Positions 8,152-17,653 of a stretch of 64,000 bases of DNA are shown piece by piece. The notes under the pieces are model-generated. The model worked only from the letters and a program-made list of their open reading frames with translations, had not been told where the DNA came from and did no database searches. This DNA is from Spirochaetia bacterium (GTDB lineage Bacteria; Spirochaetota; Spirochaetia; SZUA-6; Bin103). Positions within the stretch are counted from its first letter, which is position 1. Every line of letters starts with the position of its first letter. A program made the translations under genes and the position numbers. The stretch spans positions 1,419,897 through 1,483,896 of the forward strand of contig CBDATQ010000001.1 of assembly GCA_965199955.1 (NCBI GenBank). The letters are read 5' to 3'.

Positions 8152-9936
8152 ATGTCGACTGCCACCCGTTCGCTTCTGACGATCGACACGCCGATGGCGC
8201 CACCCGCATGGGCGGTGATGCAGCGCGAGCTGCTGCGCGCCCAGACCGCGGCCATCGATGCGTTCCATGCGAAGTACTTCGACGAGCGCGGCTACCTGCG
8301 CTGCGTGCCCCGCTGGGGCGGGGACGACGGTGCCGACGACGCCGCGGAGAACTTCACGAGCTGGACCCTGCTGTACGCGCTCGGCGCCGACCAGTCGGTG
8401 CTGGACCGCTACCTCAACGCCTGGGAGGGCCACCTGCGGCAGTACACGGAGGCCAAGACGGTCGAGGTCGAGTTCGCCCGCGACGGCATGTACTTCAAGG
8501 AGTTCCCGGTCATGTTCGACTGGGGCCACAACGGCGAGGGGTTCAACGCCTTCTACCTGCAGGGCCTGTGCACGCCGGACGACCTGACGTTCCAGAGCCG
8601 GACGCGCCGCTACGCCGGCTTCTACATGGACGAGGATCCGATCGCCAAGAACTACGACCCCCGCCACCGGGTGATCCGCAGCATGTTCAACGGCAGCCGC
8701 GGCCCGCTGATGCGCAAGGCGACGGCGCTGGACTGGACCGGCGACCGGATCGAGATCGAGGGGCGCTTCAAGCCCGGCCACCGGGAGACCAGCTACGAGC
8801 AGATGCTCGCCCATTTCGCCGAGTACAACGACGTGGTCGGCGACCATCCGCTCAACCTGCAGACCACCACCCTGGCGATCAACGCCTACATGATCGCCGG
8901 TGAAGCGAAGTACCGGGACTGGATCATCGAGTACGTCGGCGCCTGGAAGGAGCGCACGGAGGCAAACGGCGGCATCATCCCCACGAACGTCGGCCTGGAC
9001 GGCACCCCGGGCGGGGCCGCCGACGGCCGCTGGTGGGGCAGCACCTACGGGTGGGGCTTCTCGATCGACGACTACCTCAACCCCGGCTCGGGCGGCCGCT
9101 TCCACCGCCACCTGTTCATCGAGCGGGCGCCGCGCGGGTTCGGCAACGCGCTGATGGTGACCGGCGACCAGGGCTACGTCGACACGTGGCGCGGCGTGAT
9201 CGACGGCGTGAACGCCAACGCCAAGGTGATCGACGGCCAGACCATGTACCCGCAGAACTACGGCGAGGAGGAAGGCGAGCCGGGCTGGTACAACTACGCG
9301 CCCGAGCCGTACACGAACGGCGCCATGCCGGTCTGGTTCTGGTCGATGCGGGACGCCGACAAGAAGCTGATCGCCGGCGACGACTGGGTGCGCTACCTGG
9401 GCAGCGACAACCCCGGCTTTCCGGTGGAGTCGCTGCAGCGCGAGTTCGCGGAGTTGCGCACGCGCGTCGAGCGCATGCACCGGGACACCAGCTCGCCGGA
9501 CACGCGCATGTCCGACGATCCGATGGGCGCCAATCCGGCGGTCGTGACCGCGTTGACGCAGCAGATGCTGGGCGGCCTGGAGACCTCGCACTACGGGTTC
9601 CCGGTGTACAGCCGGCTGCGCTACTTCGATCCCGAGCGCCGGCGGGCGGGCATCCCCCCGAACGTGGCGGCGCTGGTCGACTCGATGTCGGACACCGAGG
9701 TGGCGGTGACACTGGTCAACCTGGACCAGGCGGAGGCGCGCACCGTGGTCGTGCAGGCCGGCGCCTACGGCGAGCACCGCTTCGGCCAGGCGTCTGCCGG
9801 CTCGGCATGGGCGACCGTCGACCGCCCGCACGTGCGGGTGCGCCTGGAGCCCGGCTGCGGCGAACGGATCGTGTTCGAGCAGGCCCGCTACGCGGAACAG
9901 CCCACCTTCATGTTTCCGTGGGACCGGGCGGAGTAG
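8152..9936 (+). CDS. hypothetical protein (595 aa), family not recognised
   Basis: long protein-like ORF with high GC3; the start is moved to the ATG at 8152 because the upstream 34 codons are R/P-rich; no signal peptide; W/Y/G-rich composition may indicate a glycan-active fold. Confidence 0.55.
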   Translation: MSTATRSLLTIDTPMAPPAWAVMQRELLRAQTAAIDAFHAKYFDERGYLRCVPRWGGDDGADDAAENFTSWTLLYALGADQSVLDRYLNAWEGHLRQYTEAKTVEVEFARDGMYFKEFPVMFDWGHNGEGFNAFYLQGLCTPDDLTFQSRTRRYAGFYMDEDPIAKNYDPRHRVIRSMFNGSRGPLMRKATALDWTGDRIEIEGRFKPGHRETSYEQMLAHFAEYNDVVGDHPLNLQTTTLAINAYMIAGEAKYRDWIIEYVGAWKERTEANGGIIPTNVGLDGTPGGAADGRWWGSTYGWGFSIDDYLNPGSGGRFHRHLFIERAPRGFGNALMVTGDQGYVDTWRGVIDGVNANAKVIDGQTMYPQNYGEEEGEPGWYNYAPEPYTNGAMPVWFWSMRDADKKLIAGDDWVRYLGSDNPGFPVESLQREFAELRTRVERMHRDTSSPDTRMSDDPMGANPAVVTALTQQMLGGLETSHYGFPVYSRLRYFDPERRRAGIPPNVAALVDSMSDTEVAVTLVNLDQAEARTVVVQAGAYGEHRFGQASAGSAWATVDRPHVRVRLEPGCGERIVFEQARYAEQPTFMFPWDRAE

Positions 9937-9995
9937 CGTCCCAAGGGTGTGCGGCGCCTCGGGCGGCGCCCGCGTTCAGTCGGTCGGGCCGCGGA

Positions 9996-10283
9996 TTAGC
10001 GGAGTTCGAGTTCCAGACGCATCCCCACGGCAGCCGCCGCGCGCTTGAGTGTATGCAGGGTAACTCCCTCGTTCTCCGGGTCGAGCAGTCGGTCGAGTTG
10101 CGAGCGGCTGGTTTCCATTCGTTCGGCCATGCGCGCTTTGGAAAGCTTCTGATCCTTCATCGCTTGCTCCAGCTTGTAAGCGAGGACCGACTTGACGGCG
10201 TCGTTCTTGGCATCTTCGTAGGTGCCGTCTTCCCGCAGCAAGCTTTCAAGTGTCGATCCCAAGTGCGGGTTCTCATCAGGCAT
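9996..10283 (-). CDS. HigA-like HTH (XRE-family) antitoxin
   Basis: 95 aa; helix-turn-helix segment LSKARMAERMETSRSQLDRLLDPEN; overlaps the upstream toxin gene by 8 nt. Confidence 0.7.
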   Translation of the reverse strand: MPDENPHLGSTLESLLREDGTYEDAKNDAVKSVLAYKLEQAMKDQKLSKARMAERMETSRSQLDRLLDPENEGVTLHTLKRAAAAVGMRLELELR

Positions 10284-10701
10284 ATCGATGGTACTCCTTC
10301 ATCCGACGCTCGGCGAGTTTCAGTTCCTTCAGCGGTGTCGCCTGGCTCTTCTTCATGAAGCCGTGCAACAGCACCATATTCTGGTCCGATACGACGAAGA
10401 ACACGCGGGCGATCCGCCGGCCTTCAAGACGGCTGCGCACTTCGTAGAGACCCGGATAGGCGGACAGCGAGCGGCAGAGCGGAGCACCGCACGGCCAACC
10501 GAATTCGACTTTCGTCAGATCCCCGCCGATGCGCCTTCTATCCTCCAACGACTGGTCCATGAGCCACTCACGAACCGGCTCTCGACCACCACCGGGTGAC
10601 CGAAAGAACCGAGCCACGATCGCTTTCCCTTGTGGCTTCACTTCGGGAAGGTACCATATTTGGTACTGTGCTTCCACTCCACGTCGATGAACGAGTCCCA
10701 C
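10276..10701 (-). CDS. HigB/RelE-superfamily toxin (Gp49-like, DUF891-type); true start may be internal
   Basis: C-terminal ~110 aa match the Gp49/HigB pattern (REWL...KVEFG...YRVFFVV...LLHGFMKK); toxin-first order as in higBA. Confidence 0.65.
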   Translation of the reverse strand: MGLVHRRGVEAQYQIWYLPEVKPQGKAIVARFFRSPGGGREPVREWLMDQSLEDRRRIGGDLTKVEFGWPCGAPLCRSLSAYPGLYEVRSRLEGRRIARVFFVVSDQNMVLLHGFMKKSQATPLKELKLAERRMKEYHRYA

Positions 10702-10933
10702 TGGCCGCTGCGAGGAGTCGACAGCCTGGGCCGCTCACCAGCCGCGATGTGGGGGGAGTGAAAGTATGCTTTATTTCAGTCAACGGCTACTCAGGGAGCC
10801 GTTGCTGTCATCGAGAGCGGGCATCGGCACGGCCGGTTGTCGGGGCCGTCGAAGTGCGCTACCGTGAGCGGACCAAGGGGCCGTCTCCTGTGGACGCGCC
10901 GATTCCACTACCGCACTCAGAAGGAGATTTGCG
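10702..10933. promoter_or_regulatory. divergent intergenic region with an AT-rich tract (aaagtatgctttatttcagtcaacgg) between the toxin-antitoxin pair and the solute-binding-protein gene; SD GAAGGAGA precedes the 10934 ATG
   Basis: local drop in GC in an otherwise 70% GC context, lying between divergent starts. Confidence 0.3.
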
Positions 10934-12544
10934 ATGAGAAGAACCGTGGTACTCGCAGTCACGGTGGCCATGCTGTGCGCCGCCGCATCCGTGTCCGCCG
11001 ACGACTGGATGATGGACACGTCGCCCGTGACGCTGAAGGTCTACTCGGACCGCGGCTGGTTCCAGCCATGGGAGGGCCGGGGAGCCGAGTTCGTCACCGA
11101 GAAGACCGGGGTCGACCTGGAAATCCGCAAGCCGCCCGAGGACGACTCGACGGGCCAGGACATCAACCTGATGATCGCCAGCAACGACTGGCCGGACCTG
11201 ATGGTCGTCGACTGGAACAACCCGGGCGTGCCGCAGTTGATGGACGCCGGACTGGTCCATGACGTCAACGAGCTGATCGATGCGCATGCGCCGAGCTTCC
11301 GCGCCTACCTGGACGACGCCATCGGCCCGGAGCTGTTGGGCGGCACCTACGCTCACACCGACGGCAAGACCTATCGGCTGGCCTTCGGTGGCAACCTGGG
11401 GGCGAAGGACTCCGCGATGGCGGCCGAGGTCGGGTTCGCGATTCCGTGCTGGCTGCCGCGCTTCGGCGTGCGCCAGGACTACTTCGATGAGATCGGCGCG
11501 CCGGAGATCCGCAACGCCGACCAGTTCTATGAAGCCGTGAAGGCCATGGCGGCGAACCATCCGGACAAGATCCCCGTCCTGGGCGACAAGAACACCAAGC
11601 ACGCGTGGTTCACCTACCACTTCGGCACCAACCACACGTGGGGCAACTACTACGCCGACCCCGACGCCAAGGAGATCAAGTACTACACCAGCCACCCGGC
11701 GTTCCCGGAGGCGATCAAGTTCATGAACAAGCTGGCGCGTGAGGGCCTGTATCCGGAGGAGGCGCTCATCTGGACGTCCGAGGTCCACGAGGAATGGGTG
11801 GCCGGCAACGTCATCGTGATCATGACCAACGACTGTCCCCCCGGGCAGGCCATGCCCATAGGCGAGACCGGAACCACGCGCTACGTGCTGCCCCCGTGGG
11901 ACACCTATGCCTACAGCCTGTGGCGCACGCCGTGGATGGCCGACCTGTTCCCGACCGCGTCGGACAAGTCAGATCGCGCGATCCGCTTCGTCCAGTACTA
12001 CGCCAGCCCCGAGGGGTTCGCCGACACCTCCGCCGGTGTCGAGGGCGACGAGTGGACCGGTGATCCCGTGAACGGCCCCCACTTCTCTTACAATGCCGAC
12101 AACTACGTCACTCCGCTCTTCCCGGACGGGCTGCCGACTTGGTTCCCGGAGTTCCTGGAAATGGTCAATGCCGACTGGACCAACCTGATCACGGCCGGGA
12201 TCCATCTGCCGCCGATCATCACCCTGGACGGCATCAAGCTGGGTGCACCTCGCTGGCAGAATGGACCGAGTGCGAACGACGTCGCCTTTGTCGAGATGAT
12301 GACGCCGTACTTCACGGCCGGTCCCGAGCTGTACGTCCCGATCCGCGGTGACAGCGACATCGGCATCATCCGCGAGCGGGTGGACAAGCTGTTCGAGGAC
12401 TACTTCGCCCGCATGGTCTTCGCCGACAGCGAGGAAGAGGCCGTCAGCCTGATCGCCGAGTTCCAGGACAAGGCCGGGCAGGCGGGACTCGCCCAGTTCG
12501 AGGCCGAGGCGACGAGCATCTACCGCTCCAACCTCGGTATGTAA
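10934..12544 (+). CDS. ABC transporter extracellular solute-binding protein, family 1 (LplA-like sugar binding protein)
   Basis: 536 aa; N-terminal signal peptide MRRTVVLAVTVAMLCAAASVSA; size and composition match the large LplA-type sugar solute-binding proteins that partner LplB/LplC permeases. Confidence 0.85.
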   Translation: MRRTVVLAVTVAMLCAAASVSADDWMMDTSPVTLKVYSDRGWFQPWEGRGAEFVTEKTGVDLEIRKPPEDDSTGQDINLMIASNDWPDLMVVDWNNPGVPQLMDAGLVHDVNELIDAHAPSFRAYLDDAIGPELLGGTYAHTDGKTYRLAFGGNLGAKDSAMAAEVGFAIPCWLPRFGVRQDYFDEIGAPEIRNADQFYEAVKAMAANHPDKIPVLGDKNTKHAWFTYHFGTNHTWGNYYADPDAKEIKYYTSHPAFPEAIKFMNKLAREGLYPEEALIWTSEVHEEWVAGNVIVIMTNDCPPGQAMPIGETGTTRYVLPPWDTYAYSLWRTPWMADLFPTASDKSDRAIRFVQYYASPEGFADTSAGVEGDEWTGDPVNGPHFSYNADNYVTPLFPDGLPTWFPEFLEMVNADWTNLITAGIHLPPIITLDGIKLGAPRWQNGPSANDVAFVEMMTPYFTAGPELYVPIRGDSDIGIIRERVDKLFEDYFARMVFADSEEEAVSLIAEFQDKAGQAGLAQFEAEATSIYRSNLGM

Positions 12545-12608
12545 TCCGTCGCGCCTCCCCTGGGGGCGTGACCATTCGTTACGACGAGCGACGCTCGGTT
12601 CGTCGCAA

Positions 12609-12647
12609 GGGCACGCCGGTACAAGCAGCCGGCGTGCCCTTCTGATT
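12609..12647 (+). terminator. rho-independent terminator-like hairpin downstream of the solute-binding-protein gene
   Basis: perfect 11-bp inverted repeat GGGCACGCCGG / CCGGCGTGCCC with a 9-nt loop, followed by TTCTGATT. Confidence 0.5.
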
Positions 12648-12674
12648 AAGTGGGCGTTCGGTCTCCCAACCGGG

Positions 12675-14468
12675 ATGAGAGGAATGCGAGCAGACGAGCT
12701 GACCATCCCCGTGACCGCGCCCGCCCCGCTTCGCGAGAAACGGGCGTCGGTCCGGGACTACGGCGCCGATCCGGCCGCCGACGACAACTACGGCGCCTTC
12801 CAGCAGGCGCTCGACGACAGCCGCGACCGCGGCATCTCCACGCTGAGCGTTCCGCCGGGAATCTACCGCTTCGCGACGGCGCGCCCCCTCTGCCTGCGCG
12901 GTCTGGAGGACTTCACGCTCGACGGGAGCGGCGCCGAGCTGATCTTCAGCAGGGACGAGGACTTCATCCACCTCTCCGACTGCCGGCGCGTCGTGCTGCG
13001 CGACCTGGTGGTCGACTGGGACTGGGGCACGGCGCCGCTGGCCAGCATCGCGCAGGTGCGCGCAGCCGCCCCGGCCCGCGACTGGGTCGAGCTCGAGTTC
13101 ACCGAGCACGACCATGTCGACGCCGGCATGACCTTCGCCACCATGAACGCGCTCGACCCGCAGCGGCTCACGCCGGGGTGCGAGGGCGGCCGGGAGTACG
13201 GGCGCGGATTCTCCAGTGTGCGCAAGGCGGGCGCCAACGTGCTGCGCTGCCACCTCGATCCGGCCGGGCTGTCCGAGCTGTTGTTCAACCCGGGTTCGGT
13301 GTACCTAGTCCGGCACTTCCTGCACGACTCACCGGCGTTCACGATCAGCGATTGCCAGCACCTGTCGCTGCATCGGATCACCGTCCACTCGGCGGCCGGC
13401 GCCGGCTTCATCGTCCGCGGGGACACCGGCAACTGGGAGGCGGTGGCCTGCAGGATCGCCCTGCGGCCGGGCGCAACCCGTCGCATCACCACCACCTCGG
13501 ACGGCCTGCACCTGGCCCAGAGCCGCGGGTTCTTCAGGCTCGAAGGCTGCGACTTCAGCTTCCACGGCGACGACTGTCTGAACATCCACGACAACATCTC
13601 CATGGGCGTGCGCGACGTGCGGCGCCACACCCTGATCGCGCGCCACGTCCGCGAGGACGAACGGCCGCTGCACGTGGGCGATCCGGTCGAGTTCCGGCGT
13701 CCGGACCTGTCGCCTGCCGGGTTCACGAGCCACGTCACGGACCTCCGCTACCTGCCGGACGACGAGTGCGAGCTGGTTTTCGCCGACGTGCTGCCGGCTG
13801 ACCTCGACGCGCAGACCATCCTGTTCAACCGCCGCTATGACAGCTCCCACTACCTGGTCCGCGGCAACCACTTCCACGAGAACCGCGCGCGCGGCGTCCT
13901 CCTGCAGGCGTGCCACGGACTGGTGGAAAGCAACCGGTTCTACCGCAACCAGGGCGCCGCGGTGCAGATCGAGACCGGGGCCAGCTTCGGGACGTGGTCG
14001 GAAGGGATGGGGGTCGAGGATCTGATCGTCCGCGACAACACCTTCCACACCTGCGACGTCAACGACTGGGGCAAGGCCGTGGTGTACATCAGCGCGTTCC
14101 TGCCCGCGGGGGTGCCGGTCACGCCGCAGGGATCGCCCAACCCCACCAGCACGATCGGCGACTCGGGGTCCTTCTATCGCACCGCCTACCCGATCTTCCG
14201 GGACCTGCTCTTCGAGAACAACCGCTTCGTGGACTACCCGCGCAGGGCCATGATCGTCAGCTCGGCGCGGGACGTGACGGTGCGCGACAACACGTTCAGC
14301 AATCCCACCTCGCGCGCGCAGAACAACCCCGAACGGGGCTCCATCTGGGTGGAGCTGTCCAGCCGGGTGACCGTGCAGGGCAACGACTGGCAGCCGTCGC
14401 CGTATCAGGCGGAGCGCACGGTGGAGCGGGACTCCGCAACCGCGAGCGACGTCACGATGATCGATTGA
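12675..14468 (+). CDS. right-handed parallel beta-helix protein (pectin-lyase fold; GH28/GH91-like)
   Basis: 597 aa; repeated N/D/G/H-rich beta-helix turn motifs (NxxFHxN, GNHFHENRARG); no signal peptide. Confidence 0.65.
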   Translation: MRGMRADELTIPVTAPAPLREKRASVRDYGADPAADDNYGAFQQALDDSRDRGISTLSVPPGIYRFATARPLCLRGLEDFTLDGSGAELIFSRDEDFIHLSDCRRVVLRDLVVDWDWGTAPLASIAQVRAAAPARDWVELEFTEHDHVDAGMTFATMNALDPQRLTPGCEGGREYGRGFSSVRKAGANVLRCHLDPAGLSELLFNPGSVYLVRHFLHDSPAFTISDCQHLSLHRITVHSAAGAGFIVRGDTGNWEAVACRIALRPGATRRITTTSDGLHLAQSRGFFRLEGCDFSFHGDDCLNIHDNISMGVRDVRRHTLIARHVREDERPLHVGDPVEFRRPDLSPAGFTSHVTDLRYLPDDECELVFADVLPADLDAQTILFNRRYDSSHYLVRGNHFHENRARGVLLQACHGLVESNRFYRNQGAAVQIETGASFGTWSEGMGVEDLIVRDNTFHTCDVNDWGKAVVYISAFLPAGVPVTPQGSPNPTSTIGDSGSFYRTAYPIFRDLLFENNRFVDYPRRAMIVSSARDVTVRDNTFSNPTSRAQNNPERGSIWVELSSRVTVQGNDWQPSPYQAERTVERDSATASDVTMID

Positions 14469-16703
14469 ACGCTACCGTGCGTTCCGCCGGGAAGCGCAGG
14501 GTGTAGCTGCCGCCCGCCCTGGTCTGCAGCTCCTGCACGGTGCTGCCGTAGCGAACGCGGCACCGGCCGCCGCGGTCCGCGCGAACCAACGCTTCGGCGA
14601 GTGCGCCGCCGCGCCAGCGGGCATCCACGGAAAAGGCGCCGCGCGCGCGAAAGCCGCGGAAGGAGCCGTCGGCCCACGCGGACGGCAACGCGGGCAGCAG
14701 GTGGATGACGCCGGCGTGGCTCTGCAGGAGCATCTCCGTGATCGCGGCGGCGACGCCCATCATGTCGCCGACCTGCACCTGGCCGTGGGCGTCCACGAAC
14801 AGGTTCGGATAGAGCTTGCGGGCGAACGACCGCTCAATCAGCTCCAGAGCGCGATCGCCCAGGCGGAGCCGGGCCAGGATCGCGGCGATCCAGCCCAGGC
14901 TCCAGCCCTGCGCGTCGTAATCGTGGCGCAGCCGGTGCTCGACCGAGCGCTGCGCCGCCCGAGCCAGCTCGGGATCGCGGTCGGGCTGCACCCGGTAGCC
15001 GGGCATCAACCCGTACAGGTGGGAGACGTGGCGGTGGCCGGGCTCCGCCTCCGCCGGTTCGTGGCGCCACTCGCGGAGCCGGCCGTCGCTGCCGATCGCC
15101 GGCAGCGCCAGCCGGTCGCGCGCCGCGCGGACTTGGCGCAGCAGGCCGTCGTCGATCTCCAGGATTTCGGCTGCCTCGATGAAGCCGTCGAACGTGTGCC
15201 AGATGATCTCCTGGTCGCACGCGCACCCCATCGACAGGCTGCAGGCGCGGCCGTTCGCGTCCAGGAATCGATTCTCCGGCGACGCGCCGGGCCCGGAAAC
15301 CAGCGTGCCGTCGTCCGGGTCCACCGCCAGCCAGTCGAGCAGGAACAGCGTGCAATCCCGGAGCACGGGATAGGCGCGTTCCGACAGGAACGCCCGGTCC
15401 CGCGTATAGCGGTAGTGGTCGATCATGTGCTGGGCACACCACGCGGCGCCCATCAGCCACATCCCCCAGAGCGGTTCCCCGTACACCGCCGCGTACCCCC
15501 ACGCGTCGGTGTCGACGCCGGCGAAGAACCCCCGGCATCCCAGCTCCCGCGCCGCCCGTCCGCCGGCCACTCGCAGGCGTTCGGTGAGGTGGAACAGCGG
15601 CTCGTGGCACTCCGGCAGAGCCAGCGGCTCGGCGAGCCAGTAGGCCTCCTGGAGATTGACGTTGATGTGGTAGTCCGAGTGCCACGGCGCGCGCAGCAGC
15701 GGGTTCCACACCCCCTGCAGGTTGGCCGGCAGCGTGCCGGGCCGGGACGCGGCGATGAACAGGTAGCGGCAGTAGTGGAAGTAGAGCAGCAGCAGCCCGG
15801 GGTCTGCCACGCCGGCTGCCGCGGCGCTCACGCGCGCGTCCGTGGCCCGGTCCCCGCCCGCGTCGACCGCAAGCTGCAGGTCCACCCGGCCGAACAGGCG
15901 TCCGTGGTCCGATTCGTGATGCTCGCGCAGCTCCTCATACGGCCGGCCGGCTGCGTCGTCGAGCCGCTGCCGGCACGCGGCCGTCAGGTCGCCGGGCAGC
16001 GGGCGCGAAGGGTCATCGAACCGATAGTCCGTGGCGATGGCCACCAGGACGGTCACGGAACGTGCGCCCCGGACCCGCAGCGACTCGGGCGCATCGACCG
16101 GGCCGTCATCACCAGCTCCGCGCCGGACCGGAGGTCGGTGACGCCGCCCGCGCCGCCCGGGTGCTGCAGTGCGAACGAAGCGCCGACGCGCGGCTCATCG
16201 GCATCGAGGCGCAGAACCACGATGTCGTCGGCGGCCGAAACGAACGCCTCGCGGCGATGGCGGACGCCTGCGCACCGGTACTCCACCGTGGCGACCGCGG
16301 TGCGCAGGTCGAGCCGCCGGCGGTAGTCGTGCACGGCTGCCTGCCCGTGTCCGAGCTCCATCGACAGGTAGCCGGCCGGCTGGTAGCTGCGCGGCGAGAT
16401 GCGCGGGGCAAGGAGATGGCGCTGGCAGTAGCGTTCCGCATCGAAGTGGCGGCCGGCGGACAGCAGGCGCCGGATCTCCGCGACGTGACGCCGCGCGTGC
16501 GGCTGCATGACCGGCACCGGCGGCCCGGCCCAGATCGTCTTTTCGTTGAGCAGCACCTGATCACGCCCGATGCCGCCATAGATCATGGCGCCCAGGCGGC
16601 CGTTGCCGAGCGGCAGGGCGGCGCTCCAGCCGCGCGCGGGCCGATCCCGGTCGGAGACCGGCCGGTCCAGGGCCGCCGGAGCGTTGTACCAGAGGTCGTG
16701 CAC
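14452..16703 (-). pseudogene. GH95-family alpha-L-fucosidase, split into two ORFs by a frameshift near 16055 (or a sequencing error)
   Basis: ORF 16053..16703 carries the GH95 N-terminal domain signature LWYNAPA...WSAALPLGNGRLGAMIYGG...LLNEKTIWAG. ORF 14452..16056 carries the catalytic (alpha/alpha)6 region with NLQGVWN and HVSHLYGLMPG. The two ORFs overlap at CCGTGACC in different frames. Confidence 0.5.
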
Positions 16704-16732
16704 GGAGTCGGAGGCTCGCGGTGGTGCGCGGA

Positions 16733-17653
16733 TTACGCCTTGATGTGGCCGACCAGCAGTCCCTTCACGAAGTAGCGCTGCAGGAACGGGTAGGCGACGG
16801 TGATCGGAAACACGGTGACCACGATCGTGGCGTACTTCATCGATTCCATGGTCACCAGCATCTCGGAGGTGATCATCTCCGCGCCGGGTTGGATGCTCTG
16901 CGACTGGGCGGAGGCCACCCGGTAGAACGCCTCCAGGCTCGACATGGTCTTGATCAGGATCGTCGGCACCGTCCACCACTTCTGGTTGAACACGAAGTAC
17001 GCGGATGCGAACCAGTCGTTCCAGTGCAACACGCCCACGAACAGGGCGATCGTCGCCAGCACAGGCCTGGACAGCGGCAGCATGATGCTCACGAAGATGC
17101 GGAAGTCGCCGGCGCCGTCGACCTTCGCCGAGTCCTCCAGCGACTGGGGCAGCTCCCGGAAGAACGCCATGAACAGGAGCGCGTGATAGTAGGCGAACAG
17201 CTCGGGAACGATGTAGACCCAGAACGTGTTGAGAAGGCCTATCGCGCGGTACAGCAAGTAGGTCGGGATCAGTCCGCCCGAGAAAAAGAGCGTGACCAGG
17301 CCGATCATCGAGTAGGTCTTGCGAAAGACGAGGTGCCTCTTGGAGAGCCCGTAGGCGACCATGGACGTGAAGAACACGGCGGTCACCGTGCCCACCGCCG
17401 TGCGCAGGATCGTCACCAGGAACGCGGTGCCGATGAGGGGATCGCCCAGCACGACGCGGTAGTTGGTCAGCGTAGGGCGGCGCGGGAACAGGAACAGCCC
17501 GCCCTTGGCCGAGTCGATCCCCTCGTTGAGGGAGCGCAGGATGACGTAGTAGAAGGGGTAGAGGGTGACGATGAGCACGATCAGCGCCAACGCGACCACG
17601 ACCATGTTGATGACGCGGTCCTCCCTCGACTGGGCCATGCGCGCGAGCGCCAT
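16733..17653 (-). CDS. ABC sugar transporter permease (LplC-like)
   Basis: multi-TM protein with the binding-protein-dependent permease EAA-like loop; ATG at 17653 overlaps the upstream stop (ATGA). Confidence 0.85.
   Translation of the reverse strand: MALARMAQSREDRVINMVVVALALIVLIVTLYPFYYVILRSLNEGIDSAKGGLFLFPRRPTLTNYRVVLGDPLIGTAFLVTILRTAVGTVTAVFFTSMVAYGLSKRHLVFRKTYSMIGLVTLFFSGGLIPTYLLYRAIGLLNTFWVYIVPELFAYYHALLFMAFFRELPQSLEDSAKVDGAGDFRIFVSIMLPLSRPVLATIALFVGVLHWNDWFASAYFVFNQKWWTVPTILIKTMSSLEAFYRVASAQSQSIQPGAEMITSEMLVTMESMKYATIVVTVFPITVAYPFLQRYFVKGLLVGHIKA

Noticed and set aside
9937-9995. Bidirectional terminator between convergent genes (GGCGCC-tcgggc-GGCGCC palindrome)
   Set aside because: The stem is short and GC-only and lacks a U-tract. 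It may be a weak hairpin, but there is not enough support to annotate it.
16040-16070. Programmed ribosomal frameshift in the GH95 gene
   Set aside because: There is no slippery heptamer or downstream structure at the junction (CACGTTCCGTGACCGTCC). A simple indel (pseudogene or sequencing error) is more parsimonious.
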